A stretch of DNA of 64,000 bases, taken from contig UYFQ01000006.1 in NCBI GenBank assembly GCA_900617105.1, positions 372,001-436,000 of the forward strand. The letters run 5' to 3'. Below the pieces are notes generated by a model, which did no database searches, had not been told where the DNA came from, and saw only the letters and a program-made list of their open reading frames with translations. A program made the position numbers and the translations under genes. Below are positions 62,823 to 64,000 of the stretch, in pieces. This DNA comes from Hydrurus foetidus (taxonomy: Eukaryota). The number at the start of each line of letters is the position of its first letter. The stretch's first letter is position 1.

Positions 62823-63545
62823 TTAAAACACACCGTAACGGTCGCGGTACGCTACCACCCGCTCGTGAAAAGCCGCCAACTCTGGTGAGGGGTTCAAGGC
62901 CAAATAATGAAGTAAATCGGCCAACTGCGCAATGGCACACACCTGTAACCCTAATTGATTGCGGACATACTGCACAGCGCTGTAAGGCACATCAGCACCG
63001 TTTTCGGTGGCTTTTTCTTGCCGGTCAAGTGCAATAACCACCGCGTGAGGCGTGGCACCGGCGGCTTGGATGATCGAAATCGACTCGCGCACCGCCGTGC
63101 CCGCCGACATCACATCGTCCACAATCAGCACCCGGCCTTGCAGCGGGGCCCCCACCAGCGTGCCGCCCTCCCCGTGGTCTTTGGCTTCTTTGCGGTTGTA
63201 GGCAAACGGCACATTGCGCCCCAGCCGGGCCAACTCAATCGCCACCGCCGCACCCAACGGGATGCCTTTGTACGCGGGGCCAAAAATCATGTCAAATTCG
63301 ATGTCGCTGGCGATCAGCTGCTGCGCGTAAAAGGCAGCCAACCGGCCCAGCTTCACGCCATCGTCAAACAAGCCCGCGTTGAAAAAATACGGGCTCAAGC
63401 GCCCTGCCTTGGTTTTGAATTCGCCAAACCGCAGTGCGCCAGCGTCCAGCGCAAACTGGACAAACTCTTGTGCCAACGCCTCAGACGGTGCGTTATGCTG
63501 AGGTACAGCGCCCTGTACATCCCCTTTTTGATGATGCAACACCAT
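62823..63545 (-). CDS. pyrE: Orotate phosphoribosyltransferase
   Basis: FGPAYKGIP, NRKEAKDHGEGG, IVDDVMSAGT. Confidence 0.95.
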   Translation of the reverse strand: MVLHHQKGDVQGAVPQHNAPSEALAQEFVQFALDAGALRFGEFKTKAGRLSPYFFNAGLFDDGVKLGRLAAFYAQQLIASDIEFDMIFGPAYKGIPLGAAVAIELARLGRNVPFAYNRKEAKDHGEGGTLVGAPLQGRVLIVDDVMSAGTAVRESISIIQAAGATPHAVVIALDRQEKATENGADVPYSAVQYVRNQLGLQVCAIAQLADLLHYLALNPSPELAAFHERVVAYRDRYGVF

Positions 63546-63555
63546 GACCAACTCC

Positions 63556-64000
63556 TTGTTCAAACTGACCAGCCTTAACCTCAACGGCATTCGCTCAGCC
63601 ACCAGCAAAGGGCTGGAAAACTGGCTCACCGCCACTGCGCCGGATTGTATTTGTGTCCAAGAAGTAAAGGCCCAGGCCGCGGATATTGAAGGCCGTTTTG
63701 AGCAACTTGCCGGTTTAAACGGGTATTTCCATTTCGCAGAAAAAAAAGGCTACTCAGGTGTCGGCGTTTACACCAAGCATGCGCCCAGCGATGTGCGTAT
63801 CGGCTACGGCTCCACCGAATTTGATGCAGAAGGCCGCTATGTGGAATTGCGCTTTGACACCCCCACGCGCAAACTCTCACTCATCAGCAGCTACTTCCCT
63901 AGCGGCTCATCGGGCGAAGACCGCCAGCAGGCCAAGTTTCGCTTTCTGGCCGAGTTTTACCCCCACTTGGTACAGCTCAAAGCCGAGCGTGAATTCATCT
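63556..64000 (+). CDS. xth: Exodeoxyribonuclease III (partial, runs off the window)
   Basis: Not in the ORF track. Reads (M)FKLTSLNLNGIRSA...CVQEVKA...KKGYSGVG...EGRY...YFPSGS; start is TTG 63556 or ATG 63544. Confidence 0.9.
   Translation, partial: MFKLTSLNLNGIRSATSKGLENWLTATAPDCICVQEVKAQAADIEGRFEQLAGLNGYFHFAEKKGYSGVGVYTKHAPSDVRIGYGSTEFDAEGRYVELRFDTPTRKLSLISSYFPSGSSGEDRQQAKFRFLAEFYPHLVQLKAEREFI

Overview
A GC-rich betaproteobacterial chromosome segment, most likely Comamonadaceae (inferred from gene order and protein style). The core backbone is nudJ-like/mnmA, holA, proA, gshA, kup, benE, a D,D-carboxypeptidase, hemJ/hemB, corA, mreBCD-mrdA, gatCAB and pyrE/xth. Accessory DNA interrupts it in several places: an IS5-family element nested inside a copy of itself; an IS256 element that cuts a Cys-tailed YidD-like gene; a 7-bp VNTR; several toxin-antitoxin-like modules (one with a DUF6036-type nucleotidyltransferase placed directly before holA, one doubly frameshifted); a membrane-anchored triple-PAS Aer2-like chemoreceptor; c-di-GMP enzymes; and small catabolic clusters. 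An anti-hemB-like sRNA and a second sRNA candidate are visible. The strongest unexplained signal is a dispersed 54-bp bipartite motif, (AAAA)..GC-N11-GC-N7-GCTAT-N7-ATAGC, with invariant spacing. I found it by eye at least 11 times, both between genes and inside the reading frames of housekeeping genes (holA, proA twice, gatA). No tRNA, rRNA or CRISPR array was recognised. All product calls come from motif recognition; no database search was run.
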